The position numbers and the translations under genes were made by a program. A stretch of 63,975 nucleotides of DNA, the filler included, from Octopus bimaculoides (taxonomy: Eukaryota), in NCBI RefSeq assembly GCF_001194135.2. It is 6 parts of 5 records of this genome, joined end to end, with 100 filler letters (N's around TTAATTAATTAA, not from the genome) between each part and the next. Parts side by side here need not be neighbours in the genome. Positions count along the whole stretch, not along the records: positions 19,674 to 37,049 come from NC_068984.1; 5 more parts are not named here. The stretch is one strand, 5' to 3'. Shown here piece by piece: positions 25,078 to 37,149 of this stretch. The notes beneath the pieces are model-generated. The model had not been told where the DNA came from. It saw only the letters and a list, made by a program, of their open reading frames with translations, and made no database searches. Each line of letters begins with the position of its first letter. Position 1 is the first letter of the stretch.

Positions 25078-25254
25078 TATATATTTGAGCTTAAATTCCA
25101 GATTCTTCATCCAGGACGGCGTCCAGAGTAGCTATATGAGAAATCCAAGACAAGCGAGGTAGTAATGATGAGAAACACAGTTAGGAACACACACATACAA
25201 CATACACACACATACATACACACACATACACACACACATACAAACATAGACACA

Positions 25255-25363
25255 CACAGGACCGCACGCACGCACGGAGCCACGCACGCACACAGTGACG
25301 CACGCACGGAGCAACGCACGCACACAGTCACGCACGCACGGAGCCACGCACGCACACAGTGAC
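25255..25363. repeat. GCAC-based minisatellite
   Basis: About 30-nt units GCACGCACGGAGCCACGCACGCACACAGTGAC running into a gap. Confidence 0.85.
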
Positions 25364-25545
25364 NNNNNNNNNNNNNNNNNNNNNNNNNNNNNNNNNNNNN
25401 NNNNNNNNNNNNNNNNNNNNNNNNNNNNNNNNNNNNNNNNNNNNNNNNNNNNNNNNNNNNNNNNNNNNNNNNNNNNNNNNNNNNNNNNNNNNNNNNNNNN
25501 NNNNNNNNNNNNNNNNNNNNNNNNNNNNNNNNNNNNNNNNNNNNN

Positions 25546-25600
<55 letters not shown>

Positions 25601-25620
25601 CATAAATCTATATGTAGTTT

Positions 25621-25685
25621 AATGACGATCATATGAATAAAATGAGTTTCGTGTAAAATTGACGTACCTACACTCGTCAAATGTG
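25621..25685 (-). ncRNA. Decayed hammerhead-like motif
   Basis: Minus strand (T)TGACGA-GTGTA/13-nt loop/TACAC-GAAAC-TCAT...ATGA-TC-GTC. Perfect 5-bp stem II, extended stem III, GUC triplet; stem I only about 2 bp. Confidence 0.4.
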
Positions 25686-26476
25686 TACGTTGTTGATTTA
25701 AGCTGAACACTTTAACAGTAATTGCTACTTTCATCCTTTCATCTTTTCGGGGTCGATAAATTTCACCGAGGTTGACCCTAACTTTTATCCATTGGGGGTC
25801 GATAAAATAAGTACCAGTTGAACACCGAGGTGGATACTATCGACTTACCCCATCCCTCTAACTTTCTGGCTTTGTGTCAAACCTTGAAACCAATATCTGT
25901 TTGATTTAGATAATGAGTTCGAAAAATCAGTAACCCAGAAAGGCCTTAGAACGAAAGATTCAGGAAATCGATGTTGTACGACAATGCTGGAGCACCACCT
26001 TGAAGGGCTTAAGTCTATCAAATCATCACCAGGTCTGCTTTTTCTGTTAATCTGATAATTCATGAGGACGCAAACAAATCAACAAAGATTGTCAAGCAGT
26101 GATAGGAGACAAACACCAAGACATGAACTCACACACGCATTCACATACACTTTATATACATACATAAATGCATACATACATAAATGCATACATACATAAA
26201 TGCATGCATACATAAATGCATACATACATACATACATACATACATGCTGTTGTGAGTTAATTATTAAGCTAGTTGACATTTGATGGTTGAATCCACGTAG
26301 ATGTAAATGCATGGCTGTGTGCTTCCCAACCACATGGTTTCGAGTTCAGTTCCACTACGTGGCAACTTGGACAAGTGTCTTCTGCTATAGCCTCGGGCCA
26401 ATCAAGAGTTTGTGAGGAAATTTGGTAGACAAAAACTGAAAGTATCCAGTCGTATATTTATATTCATATATATATA

Positions 26477-26697
26477 TACACAGGGAGTGCTGCAAAGCTC
26501 CTGACTTTAAGGGTGTCGCGAAAAGCCTGCTTGGAGACCCAACCTTTCGAGTTCTTTTAGGGAGCTTAGAAAATCTGAAGGACCGCTGCAATAAGTGTAT
26601 GAATCTTAGAGGGGAATATATCGAATAAAATCATAATTAACTGATCCTCCTGCGTTTTATTTTACTCAAAGTTAAGTTTTCAGCACACTCTCGTGTA
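26477..26697 (+). mobile_element. Mariner internal-deletion derivative
   Basis: Ends CAGGGAGTGCTGCAAAG / TTTTCAGCACACTCTCG; retains the transposase C-terminus LENLKDRCNKCMNLRGEYIE*. Confidence 0.65.
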
Positions 26698-27196
26698 TAT
26701 ATATGCATATATATATATATATATATCGTACTCCCCCCTCTCTCACTCTTACTCTCTACACTCTTACTCTCCTACTCTCTACACTCTTACTCTCTTACTC
26801 TCTCACCCTTACTCTCTCACCCTTACTCTCTCACTCTCTTCCCCTCTCTCTCACTCTCTTTCTCTTCCTTTCTTTCTCCCCCCATACCCCTCTTCCCCCT
26901 CTCTCACTCTCTTTCTCTTTCTCTCTCTCTCTCACTCTCTTTCTCTTCCTCTCTTTCTCCCCCCATACCCACNNNNNNNNNNNNNNNNNNNNNNNNNNNN
27001 NNNNNNNNNNNNNNNNNNNNNNNNNNNNNNNNNNNNNNNNNNNNNNNNNNNNNNNNNNNNNNNNNNNNNNNNCTGTCCTCGTCTGTTGTTATTTTTTGTA
27101 TATTCTCCCATATATATATGTACACATATATATACACACATACGAAGCATATGGCATAATTATAAACGGGGCAAAGTTTAGCCATTTCTTCGCACA

Positions 27197-27239
27197 ACCT
27201 TAATCGATTTTCGGACCTTATTGGGTTCTCATCAGAGGC
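27197..27239 (-). ncRNA. Minimal type I hammerhead ribozyme motif
   Basis: Minus strand GCCT-CTGATGA-GAACC/CAATAA/GGTCC-GAAA-ATCGAT-TA-AGGT. Intact core, stem II with one mismatch, palindromic stem III AATCGATT, predicted UUA cleavage after 27201. Confidence 0.75.
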
Positions 27240-27538
27240 GTCCACACCATTCCAGAGAAACAAGGCGCCAAGCTGTTTATATTCCGTACGAATGCAGCAG
27301 TTACTCTATGAAGGAGTCCCTAATTTGCATACAGAGAGTGCTTAACACTCTATAAATACCCGCGGCTTGTCAACGGGGATCTTAGTCCATACAGTATCAA
27401 GGTATGGTTGGGAAGGTAGAAAGATTCACTGTCGAAAAATCCAGGTTTGACAATAGTAAAACTGTTCGGTGGGTTTTGTTCACGCCAAATTTCCAAGTGA
27501 AAAATTACGTAATATTTGCTGTTTGAAACATGTATGTA

Positions 27539-27569
<31 letters not shown>

Positions 27570-27663
27570 ATGTATGTATGTATGTATGTATGTATGTATG
27601 TATGCATGCATGTATGCATGTATGTATGTATGTATGTATGTATGTATGTATGTATGTATGTGT

Positions 27664-27967
27664 GGAGGCGCAATAGCCCAGTGGTTAGGGCAGCGGACTT
27701 GCGGTCGTAGGATCGCGGTTTCGATTCCCAGACCGGGCGTTGTGAGTGTTTATTGAGCGAAAACACCTAAAAGCTCCACGAAGCTCCGGCAGGGGATGGT
27801 AGTGAACCCTGCTGTACTCTCTCACCACAACTTTCTCTCACTCTTACTTCCTGTTTCTGTTGTACCTGCATTTCAAAGGGCCAGCCTTGTCACACTCTGT
27901 GTCACGCTGAATATCCCCGAGATCAGATCAACTGGAACCCTCCTCGTCGTAACCGACGGAGTGCCAC
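27664..27967 (+). mobile_element. SINE family A copy with internal deletion
   Basis: Colinear with 63161-63544 but lacks the segment between ATCCCCGAGA and GATCAACTGG; flanked by (TATG)n. Confidence 0.85.
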
Positions 27968-29172
27968 GATGTATGTATGTATGTATGTATGTATGTATGT
28001 ATGTATGAAGCGACTCTGAGAGTCACTGAAGAGGTCACCGGATGTGTGATGAAAGATTTGACGAAGTACTCTTAAATAAGAACAATAATAAAGCTGAAAT
28101 GAAGAACGAATATATAGTGCGTGTGTGTATCTGGTAATAAAGAAACAAAAGAAAAACAAAAACAAAATGACTGTCCCGAAATATAATAATATGCTTCAAC
28201 ACTCCATTTAACATCAGGAATCTTGGAAAACAAATGCATAAACGTAAGACAGTGAGCTTCGGCCAGACTGATGAGCTTTAGCCAGACTGGAGAGCTTGGT
28301 CAGACGAGTTGAAAAACATTATATTTTGATGTTTCAAATTTCGCCGCGCTCAACTTTGCATTTCATCTTTTTGGGGTCGATAAATTAAGTATTAGTTGCG
28401 TACTAGGGTCGATCTAATCGACTGGCTCCCTCCCGCCAAAAAAATTTCGGGCTTTGCGTCTAGAGTAGAAAAGATAATATTTTGATATCTAAGAAAGATC
28501 ATCACAACATGACAGCAGCACTTCATGAAACAGATTGAATTGAAATGATTACCTCCCTTACCTGAAAGATAACTCTTGATAGTCTCCCTTACATTTACTT
28601 CGACACTAGCTGCGATATGAAAAGGAATATCAATTGTGTATTCACGCTTTTCCCTCGTAATCCTCGATTATATTTATCTTAATGTCACTGGCACGTACAA
28701 GTTTCGAATCTCTCCTGAAATTTTCCGGTTTGATTACTTTTCGAATTAATTCATATATTTTCACTGCTGTGATTAAGCACTGATTCTAAAAGTAAGAACA
28801 AAAAAAAAAAAAAACGTTTAGACATGTGTATATTTGCACGAGCTGGAACTACTTGCCATATAACTGTCTTCAATAAAGAATTCTATATAGGACCGACGTA
28901 ACACCTCACACATTTATAAATTGACGTGGCAGTCACGGCTGGAACGCCAGTGATCATTGGTTCGATCATCTGGGCATAAACAACAACAGCAACAGCAACA
29001 ACAACAACTACAGCTGCTGCTGCTTAATACTACTACTAGTACTACTACTTTGGTCGGCTCGAGGCAATAGTAGAAGACACTTCCCATGCAGTGAGACTGA
29101 ACCCGGAACCACGTGGTTGGAAAACAAACTTCTTACCACGCAGCCACTCCTGCGGCTATACATATATATGTA

Positions 29173-29228
<56 letters not shown>

Positions 29229-30029
29229 AGTACTTTGTTCCTTCTTTCTGTTTCTCAGGAGTTGATTTCTCTGAAATTCCCTTCCTGACATTATAAAAGC
29301 CCCTGTCGAAGTCAACCCTACCCATTAAACTTTGTCCTCAAACTTAAGTCAATAAATGTTATGTAAGGGATTAGACTTAGATATGCAGAGAGAGACAGTC
29401 ATTCACAAAACTTTCTGTACTGCTTCAGTGCGGTTGTTGCTCAGAATTGAATCTGCTGGGCTAGTTAGAATTAAATGGATACAGTGGAGTACAGGAATCT
29501 AGACGGCACATTCAAATACTGCTATAGGCATTCTTCTATACAAGCCCCAATAAGAAAGCCGTATTTTGATGTGTAACACGATCATCAGAACTATAGGTTC
29601 CATATTTTTATGGGTTGCTTTGTATTTGCGTCTTGAAGGACCAGATTTTAATAGCCTTATTGGTGTACTATAGGCGCAGGGGCGCTGAATGTTTAAGAAG
29701 CTTACGTCACAACTACGACATTACAAGTTCGATCCCATTGCGGAACATCTGGAGTAAATATCAATTTCTATTCATTTGGGATATCGCTTACCTTGTGAAT
29801 GAATTTTGCTGGCAAAAACTGAGTGAAAGACTGTTGTGTGGTTTGTGTTAGTAATTCCAAAGATACGGCGTGGTTACACGCTCTGTTAATAATCACTCTT
29901 TCTACTGAGAACTGTGTGGAGAGTACTTGTGGCTGTGGAATGACCAGCCATTTGTAGGCTAATTCAATAACCAGATAACTCAGTTGATGAAATGACTGAA
30001 GGTCTCATCAACGAGAGCAAGCAAGCAGT

Positions 30030-31150
30030 CAGCCAACCAACCAACCAACCAACCAACCAACCAACCAACCAACGAACGATCGAACGAACGAACGAACGAA
30101 CGAACGAACGAACGAACCAACCAACCAACCAGCCAACCAACCAACCAACCAAGCAACCAGCAACCCAACCAGCCNNNNNNNNNNNNNNNNNNNNNNNNNN
30201 NNNNNNNNNNNNNNNNNNNNNNNNNNNNNNNNNNNNNNNNNNNNNNNNNNNNNNNNNNNNNNNNNNNNNNNNNNNNNNNNNNNNNNNNNNNNNNNNNNNN
30301 NNNNNNNNNNNNNNNNNNNNNNNNNNNNNNNNNNNNNNNNNNNNNNNNNNNNNNNNNNNNNNNNNNNNNNNNNNNNNNNNNNNNNNNNNNNNNNNNNNNN
30401 NNNNNNNNNNNNNNNNNNNNNNNNNNNNNNNNNNNNNNNNNNNNNNNNNNNNNNNNNNNNNNNNNNNNNNNNNNNNNNNNNNNNNNNNNNNNNNNNNNNN
30501 NNNNNNNNNNNNNNNNNNNNNNNNNNNNNNNNNNNNNNNNNNNNNNNNNNNNNNNNNNNNNNNNNNNNNNNNNNNNNNNNNNNNNNNNNNNNNNNNNNNN
30601 NNNNNNNNNNNNNNNNNNNNNNNNNNNNNNNNNNNNNNNNNNNNNNNNNNNNNNNNNNNNNNNNNNNNNNNNNNNNNNNNNNNNNNNNNNNNNNNNNNNN
30701 NNNNNNNNNNNNNNNNNNNNNNNNNNNNNNNNNNNNNNNNNNNNNNNNNNNNNNNNNNNNNNNNNNNNNNNNNNNNNNNNNNNNNNNNNNNNNNNNNNNN
30801 NNNNNNNNNNNNNNNNNNNNNNNNNNNNNNNNNNNNNNNNNNNNNNNNNNNNNNNNNNNNNNNNNNNNNNNNNNNNNNNNNNNNNNNNNNNNNNNNNNNN
30901 NNNNNNNNNNNNNNNNNNNNNNNNNNNNNNNNNNNNNNNNNNNNNNNNNNNNNNNNNNNNNNNNNNNNNNNNNNNNNNNACCAACCAACCAACCAACTAA
31001 TCAACCAACCAACCAACCAACCAGCCAACCAACCAACAAACCAACAAACCAGCAACCCAACCAGCCAGCCAGCAAACCAGTCAACCAACCAACTAACCAG
31101 CCAACCAACCAACCAACCAGCCACCCAACCAACTAGCCAGCCAACCAGCC
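30030..31150. repeat. (AACC)n/(AACG)n tetranucleotide array spanning a gap
   Basis: Direct reading; source of the QPTN/WLVG ORFs. Confidence 0.95.
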
Positions 31151-31924
31151 AAGAGAGAGAGGTGTGAGAGCGGGAAAAAGCGGGAGAGAGAGGTAGATAT
31201 AAATATATAGATATATTTATTCTGACAATAGGTTATGGTTTAAGGTAGTTTTGACCGCTATTTTTAGAAGGATGAGCGACTACTCAGGAACTTGTTCGCT
31301 GATATGTCATGACTTGGCGGAATGGCAGAAACAGTAAAATGTAGAAGCTTATTTCCTCTACATTCTGAATTTAAACCTCACTTCAGTCATTTTACGTTTT
31401 CACGTTTTAGGTCTTTTAAATAAATGCTGCCTTCTGTCTATAAAGGAATATAGCACAAGGGAACTAACTCTTTCAAGGGGAATAATTCAACAGATCACTA
31501 ACTTACTCAAATATTGTGAGTTCTCTCCCCTAATAGTAATTACATAGGTAACGCAAATTATTTTGAGATATCGAAGTAAATTTATTTAGGAACCAGTTAT
31601 TCAGCACCCAATTATTTCTTACGCTAATAAGTGCCTAGTTTTACCATGACTTGTGTCCTTAATAAATACTTACTCAAAAATGATATTTCCAGTGAAGCGT
31701 TCACAGAAATTCTGCCAATTTTATNNNNNNNNNNNNNNNNNNNNNNNNNNNNNNNNNNNNNNNNNNNNNNNNNNNNNNNNNNNNNNNNNNNNNNNNNNNN
31801 NNNNNNNNNNNNNNNNNNNNNNNNNNNNNNNNNNNNNNNNNNNNNATATACACATGATATATATATATACATTATTTACATTATTTACACTTGACGGATA
31901 TTTGTCCTCATCGTGTTTGCTGTT

Positions 31925-31970
31925 AACACAACGTTTCGGCTGATATACCCTCCAGCGTTCATCAGGTGTC
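31925..31970 (-). ncRNA. Minimal type I hammerhead ribozyme motif
   Basis: Minus strand GACAC-CTGATGA-A-CGCTG/GAGGGTATAT/CAGCC-GAAA-CG-TT-GTGTT. 5-bp stem I, intact core, GCTG/CAGC stem II, palindromic stem III ACGT, predicted GUU cleavage after 31930. Confidence 0.75.
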
Positions 31971-32025
31971 TTGGGGAAATTTCGAACCTGGGTTCTCATT
32001 CCTTAGGTATTTTTCGATGTTGTTG

Positions 32026-32084
<59 letters not shown>

Positions 32085-32456
32085 AACCACTACGCCGTAT
32101 TCCCACGGTCAGTACAGATTAGAGGAATCACCATTTTGAAAATTAATCTTGACGCCAGCAAAAAGGGAAGATATATATTTGAATTTTTCTTGTTATATTT
32201 CACAATTAAATACAGACATTTTTATTCTGAAGTATAATTTTATATCTTATAAATTGTATTTGACATTATACACTTGACTTTACAAGGTTGATATCTATAA
32301 TAATTCATATTTATAATGTATAATATATAAATTTTAATTCTTAATATTACAAAGTATAATTTTTATTTATAATTTTAAATTTTTACTCTTTAATGCCTAA
32401 ATTTATTGCTTATTTTTTAAAGGGATGTAAAATTAGATTTATAATATATTGAAAAA

Positions 32457-32506
32457 GAACCTGAAAATGTGTTGTAATATTTGTAAGTCTGATGATTGCA
32501 TATATG

Positions 32507-32548
<42 letters not shown>

Positions 32549-32600
32549 TGTGTGAATGTATATATATTGTAATCTTCCAATACCGAAACACGTGTAGTTC
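32457..32600 (+). ncRNA. Hammerhead-like motif with expanded stem II loop
   Basis: GAAC-CTGAA(A)A-T-GTGTTG...CAATAC-C-GAAA-CACGTG-TA-GTTC. Stem I GAAC/GTTC, palindromic stem III ACACGTGT; the loop holds a (TA)n expansion and a second CTGATGA (32489-32495). Confidence 0.5.
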
Positions 32601-33479
32601 CTTCATTAATTTAAGTGTTAATTAAAGCAGGAGATAATTAGGAAGTATAGTATATACCCTGCTGGTATAATGGTTATATTCTTTAAGTATTATTTCGTGA
32701 TGTGCAAATGGATACCATGAGTTTACTTTCAGATATACTCATTAGGTTATTATTATTATTTTTTTTTTGTATTATCTGAAATAGAATACCCGCATATCTA
32801 TTAATCCCTCAAACTGAATTATTATGTTTCGACGCAACATATATATATGTTCTATACATGTTTGTGTNNNNNNNNNNNNNNNNNNNNNNNNNNNNNNNNN
32901 NNNNNNNNNNNNNNNNNNNNNNNNNNNNNNNNNNNNNNNNNNNNNNNNNNNNNNNNNNNNNNNNNNNNNNNNNNNNNNNNNNNNNNNNNNNNNNNNNNNN
33001 NNNNNNNNNNNNNNNNNNNNNNNNNNNNNNNNNNNNNNNNNNNNNNNNNNNNNNNNNNNNNNNNNNNNNNNNNNNNNNNNNNNNNNNNNNNNNNNNNNNN
33101 NNNNNNNNNNNNNNNNNNNNNNNNNNNNNNNNNNNNNNNNNNNNNNNNNNNNNNNNNNNNNNNNNNNNNNNNNNNNNNNNNNNNNNNNNNNNNNNNNNNN
33201 NNNNNNNNNNNNNNNNNNNNNNNNNNNNNNNNNNNNNNNNNNNGTTGATCTAGCACAACGCCAGTGCAATGACCGATACAAATAGAGGAAAAATGATAAA
33301 AAAAAAAAGAAGTTTGCTTAGTAGAAATGGGAATCTTTCAATAAATCGGTATTTTTCAATGGCTTTTCTTTAGCTGTTCCCTTTGTATAACTTTTCCCTT
33401 TATTGTTACTCAAAATTCCAGATATTTTTTTTTATTTCTTTCCCTACTCTAGCTTTTGTTTCTTATTTTTTTTTCTTTT

Positions 33480-33863
33480 TTGTTGTTGTTCTTGTTTTCT
33501 TTTGGTCTAGAGGAGATCAGGTTGTGTCCATTGCTTTCACAGACACTCCGAATAGAACGATATCGATGCTGTCAAAGCCCCGCTGAAACTCATCCAAGCT
33601 GACTGCTTCCGAAAATGCATGTGCATAAAGGAGGAGTTAAATTCGATAGGCTGACCCTTTGTGCGGGAGAGACTAGACGTAGTGATTAGTATGAGGTAAT
33701 GAAAAAAGGAGTGAGAGAGAGGAGAATGCTTCAGTGGAGGTGGCTTGAGATCATACAGCTCCTTGGAACAGAGGCTACTGCAGCCATGATAGAAAGAGAA
33801 AGTAGGAGAAAGAGAGAGAGGGGGGGAGAGAAACAGAGAAAGGAAAAGAGAAAGAGAGAGAGA

Positions 33864-33909
<46 letters not shown>

Positions 33910-34300
33910 GAAAGAGAAAGAGAAATACAGAGATGGAGAGAGAAAGAGAGAGAGAGAGAGAGAGGTGGGAGATAGACATAGAGGCAGGCAGAAAATAGAT
34001 AGAGAGAAAGAAAGGAAGTAAGAATGAACAGAAAAGGTGAAGATACACCAATTGAATAACTGGATCCATCCAGAGGCAAGGACTGGAGCGAGCTGTTAGA
34101 GGAAAATGGAGGAGACATTGTTAGAGCCGGTGCCTTGATAGAGTGAAGTGACCAAAGGGACTTTCATACACATAAGTTAATACTGGTGATCCCAGTGAAA
34201 TGTTAAGGAATTCTTTTGAAGGAGGTTTATCTAGTATGGTGTTGGAGGCTATGTGACCAGCAAATATATACAGCACATAAGGAACATTACCCACCTTTCA
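33480..34300 (-). mobile_element. Decayed LINE 3' end (CR1/Jockey-like) interrupted by a (CT)n expansion
   Basis: FYHG...LCSKELYDLKPPP and SRTK...SSF resemble the C-terminal ORF2 region; ends in an A/AAC-rich tail near 33480. Confidence 0.4.
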
Positions 34301-34707
34301 AACTGCACGGCTCTTACCCAACCCCACAACTGCAAGATTATTAACTGAAATGCAAATGATGTCTCTATGCATTGCACACACCTCAAACTTTATTGCCTCA
34401 AAAACTGCAGCCGATGTTTTTCGATCCTTTACAAAACCCTTCTAATCCCCCACTTGTTAACCATGATGGTTCTGTGAACAGTACTCCACTGGAGAAAGCT
34501 TCTACATTTCCTGATACTTTATTTTATCGACCTTGAAAAGACTAAAAATAAAGTTAACGGAGGTGGGATTTTTATTCAGAACGTAAGCGATAGTAATATT
34601 TTGTAAAACACTCTAAAATTTCTGAAGATCGGCTGCTTAAATACAATTCCAGAATTGATATTACCAAAATTTGCAATCGTTATTTATTTAATATTTGTTT
34701 AGTTCAA

Positions 34708-34902
34708 GGTGGCGAGCTGGCAGAATCGTTAGCACTCATTTCGTCCGTCTCCACGTTCTAAGTTCAAATTTCCGCCAAGATCGACTTTGCTTTTCATCCT
34801 TTCAGGCGTCGATACAATAAGTACCAGTTGAACACTGAGGTCGATGTAATCAACTTACTCACTCTCCCAAAATTGCTGGCCTTGTGCCAAAATTTGAAAT
34901 CG
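34708..34902 (+). mobile_element. SINE family B
   Basis: GAGCTGGCAGAATCGTTAGCA head, GTTCAAATT B-box-like motif, TTTCATCCTTT..GTCGATA..TAAGTACCAGTT core. Further copies at about 28329-28478, 42725-42860, 25730-25890, 15900-15985. Confidence 0.8.
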
Positions 34903-35275
34903 ATATTACACAGAAGAAAATAAAAAATAAACAAGATTTAATCAATATAGTTTTTAATAATTCAGCTAAAAGATTGTGCATTATCAATTTAAAATAGAAT
35001 GTAAATAGAATGAGTTAAAAAGGCCTTTTCGTGAAATATATGAGGGAATTCTGCTGTAGTAAAGAATCAGATCTAAAAAAAATGATGAATATTTCTGTGC
35101 TTGTCCACTTTTGTTTTTTTTTTAAAGACGTGCTGTATTCGTGAATTTCAAAGATGTCGTAAATTGATAGTGAGGAATAATGATATAAAGTTATAGTGAA
35201 CAATATGTTTTAATATGGTGAAAAATATGCAAAAATACGTGCGTTGTTAGATAAAATATTTAAGGTACGTTGGTG

Positions 35276-35304
35276 CTATTTGGCCATCATAATCCGAATA
35301 AATT
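35276..35304 (-). CDS. Calmodulin-like protein, terminal coding exon
   Basis: Acceptor ttttgtctttctttatttcag, then (G)AA TTT ATT CGG ATT ATG ATG GCC AAA TAG = EFIRIMMAK*, matching calmodulin EFVQMMTAK*; phase 1 fits the upstream exon. Not in the ORF track. Confidence 0.9.
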
Positions 35305-35500
35305 CTGAAATAAAGAAAGACAAAAATATCATTAAAATAAAATTAATAAACCTTCCCGAAAGATTTTCTTATATCAGCATCTCCTCATCTTTCTCCATTC
35401 TCTTTCTCTCACTTTATCTCTTATCCTTTCATTCTCCATCCCGCTTGGTATATTTCTGGATCTCTTTTTGGCTCTCAGCTTTCCCCATCACGCTTCTCTC

Positions 35501-35546
<46 letters not shown>

Positions 35547-36057
35547 NNNNNNNNNNNNNNNNNNNNNNNNNNNNNNNNNNNNNNNNNNNNNNNNNNNNNN
35601 NNNNNNNNNNNNNNNNNNNNNNNNNNNNNNNNNNNNNNNNNNNNNNNNNNNNNNNNNNNNNNNNNNNNNNNNNNNNNNNNNNNNNNNNNNNNNNNNNNNN
35701 NNNNNNNNNNNNNNNNNNNNNNNNNNNNNNNNNNNNNNNNNNNNNNNNNNNNNNNNNNNNNNNNNNNNNNNNNNNNNNNNNNNNNNNNNNNNNNNNNNNN
35801 NNNNNNNNNNNNNNNATATAGATATCTATATATAATGTAAGATTTTTAGAAGCACAAACCTATGACACGCTTAAAATTAGACCAGGCTTCAAAAAAGAAG
35901 TACTGGGCTCGATTCATTTGACAAAAAACATCTTTCAAGGTGGTGCCCCAGCATGTCCGTAGTCTAATGACTAAAACAAGTAAAACAAGACAATACAAAT
36001 AACAGCGATATCCAAACATCTCATTCACTACCTAATGCCTAATTCGAACTCGCTTAC

Positions 36058-36300
36058 CTTGATAGTTTATTTGGCCGTCACCGTCAACGTCGGCTTCTCT
36101 GATCATATCCGCCACCTCTTTGTCGCTGAGCTTTTCGCCTAAGGTCACCATGACGTGACGTAACTCACTAGCATCAATGAAACCATCATCGTCCTTGTCG
36201 AACACTTTGAAGGCGTCTGTCACTTCTTGCAGCTCGTTTGTTTCCGATTGACGTTTCGACATCATCGCCAGAAACTCGTTGAACTCTATGGTACCGTTAC
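36058..36300 (-). CDS. Calmodulin-like protein, internal exon (end of EF2, linker, EF3, EF4)
   Basis: Acceptor tttcttctacag, donor G|gtaag, 243 nt, phase 1-1. Reads (G)[80 protein letters not shown](E), colinear without indels with calmodulin G59-E140. Both boundaries fall at intron positions known from vertebrate calmodulin genes. Confidence 0.95.
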
Positions 36301-37049
36301 CTGTAGAAGAAAGAAAGAAGAGGAAGAAGGAAAGAAAAAAAGGGTAAATATATGTATGTGTATATTGGCATATATATCTATATATCTATATATATATCGT
36401 GTCCAAATAGCTGTGTGTGTGTGTATGTGTGTGTGTATTAGAATTTTGCTTAGGCATGGCGATACAAATAACTTGGTATTGGTACCCAAAATACATACGC
36501 TTCAGAATAAAGCGCAAACCGAGTACAGAGCGTAATAAGAAGTTAAATAAATGACAAAGTAATATCAAATTATGCAATGAACTGTATTAATTTACTTCCA
36601 AGCCCTATCTTTTAAACTCTGAAGAATCTATTAGGTGATGCACAAGCACTCATCTCTGAGTGTATCGCATCTTACAGCAGAAACAACTGAAGGCCAATGA
36701 AGTTCATTGCATAATTTCCAGTTCTTTGTCATTCATTTACTTTCACAAATGTGTGTGTGTGTGTGTGCGTGCGTGTGTGTGAGTGCGTTTGTGTGTGTGT
36801 GCTGTGTATTCACGAGTGCGGGTGCGTGTGCAATTGCATGTTTGTGTAGGTGTGTTTATACTAAAACTTCATTCCAAAAGATTCACGAAATTTGGATTTT
36901 TTAAGATTAAAAAAAAAAAAAAATAGTTAATAACTTCTAAGAAAGAAGTTCTTCAAATATTGTTGACTTTAATCTAATATCTTTTTGCAAACGCACACAC
37001 ACGCACGCACGCACGTACGCACAAATCCACACGCGCGCACAAACACACA

Positions 37050-37149
37050 NNNNNNNNNNNNNNNNNNNNNNNNNNNNNNNNNNNNNNNNNNNNTTAATTA
37101 ATTAANNNNNNNNNNNNNNNNNNNNNNNNNNNNNNNNNNNNNNNNNNNN
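37050..37149. other. Artificial assembly linker (N44-TTAATTAATTAA-N44)
   Basis: Same 100-nt construct. Confidence 0.95.

Noticed and set aside
28250-28310. CTGATGA within GAGCTT..CCAGAC repeats
   Set aside because: A degenerate tandem repeat of about 19 bp with no hammerhead pairing; three short units are not a CRISPR array.
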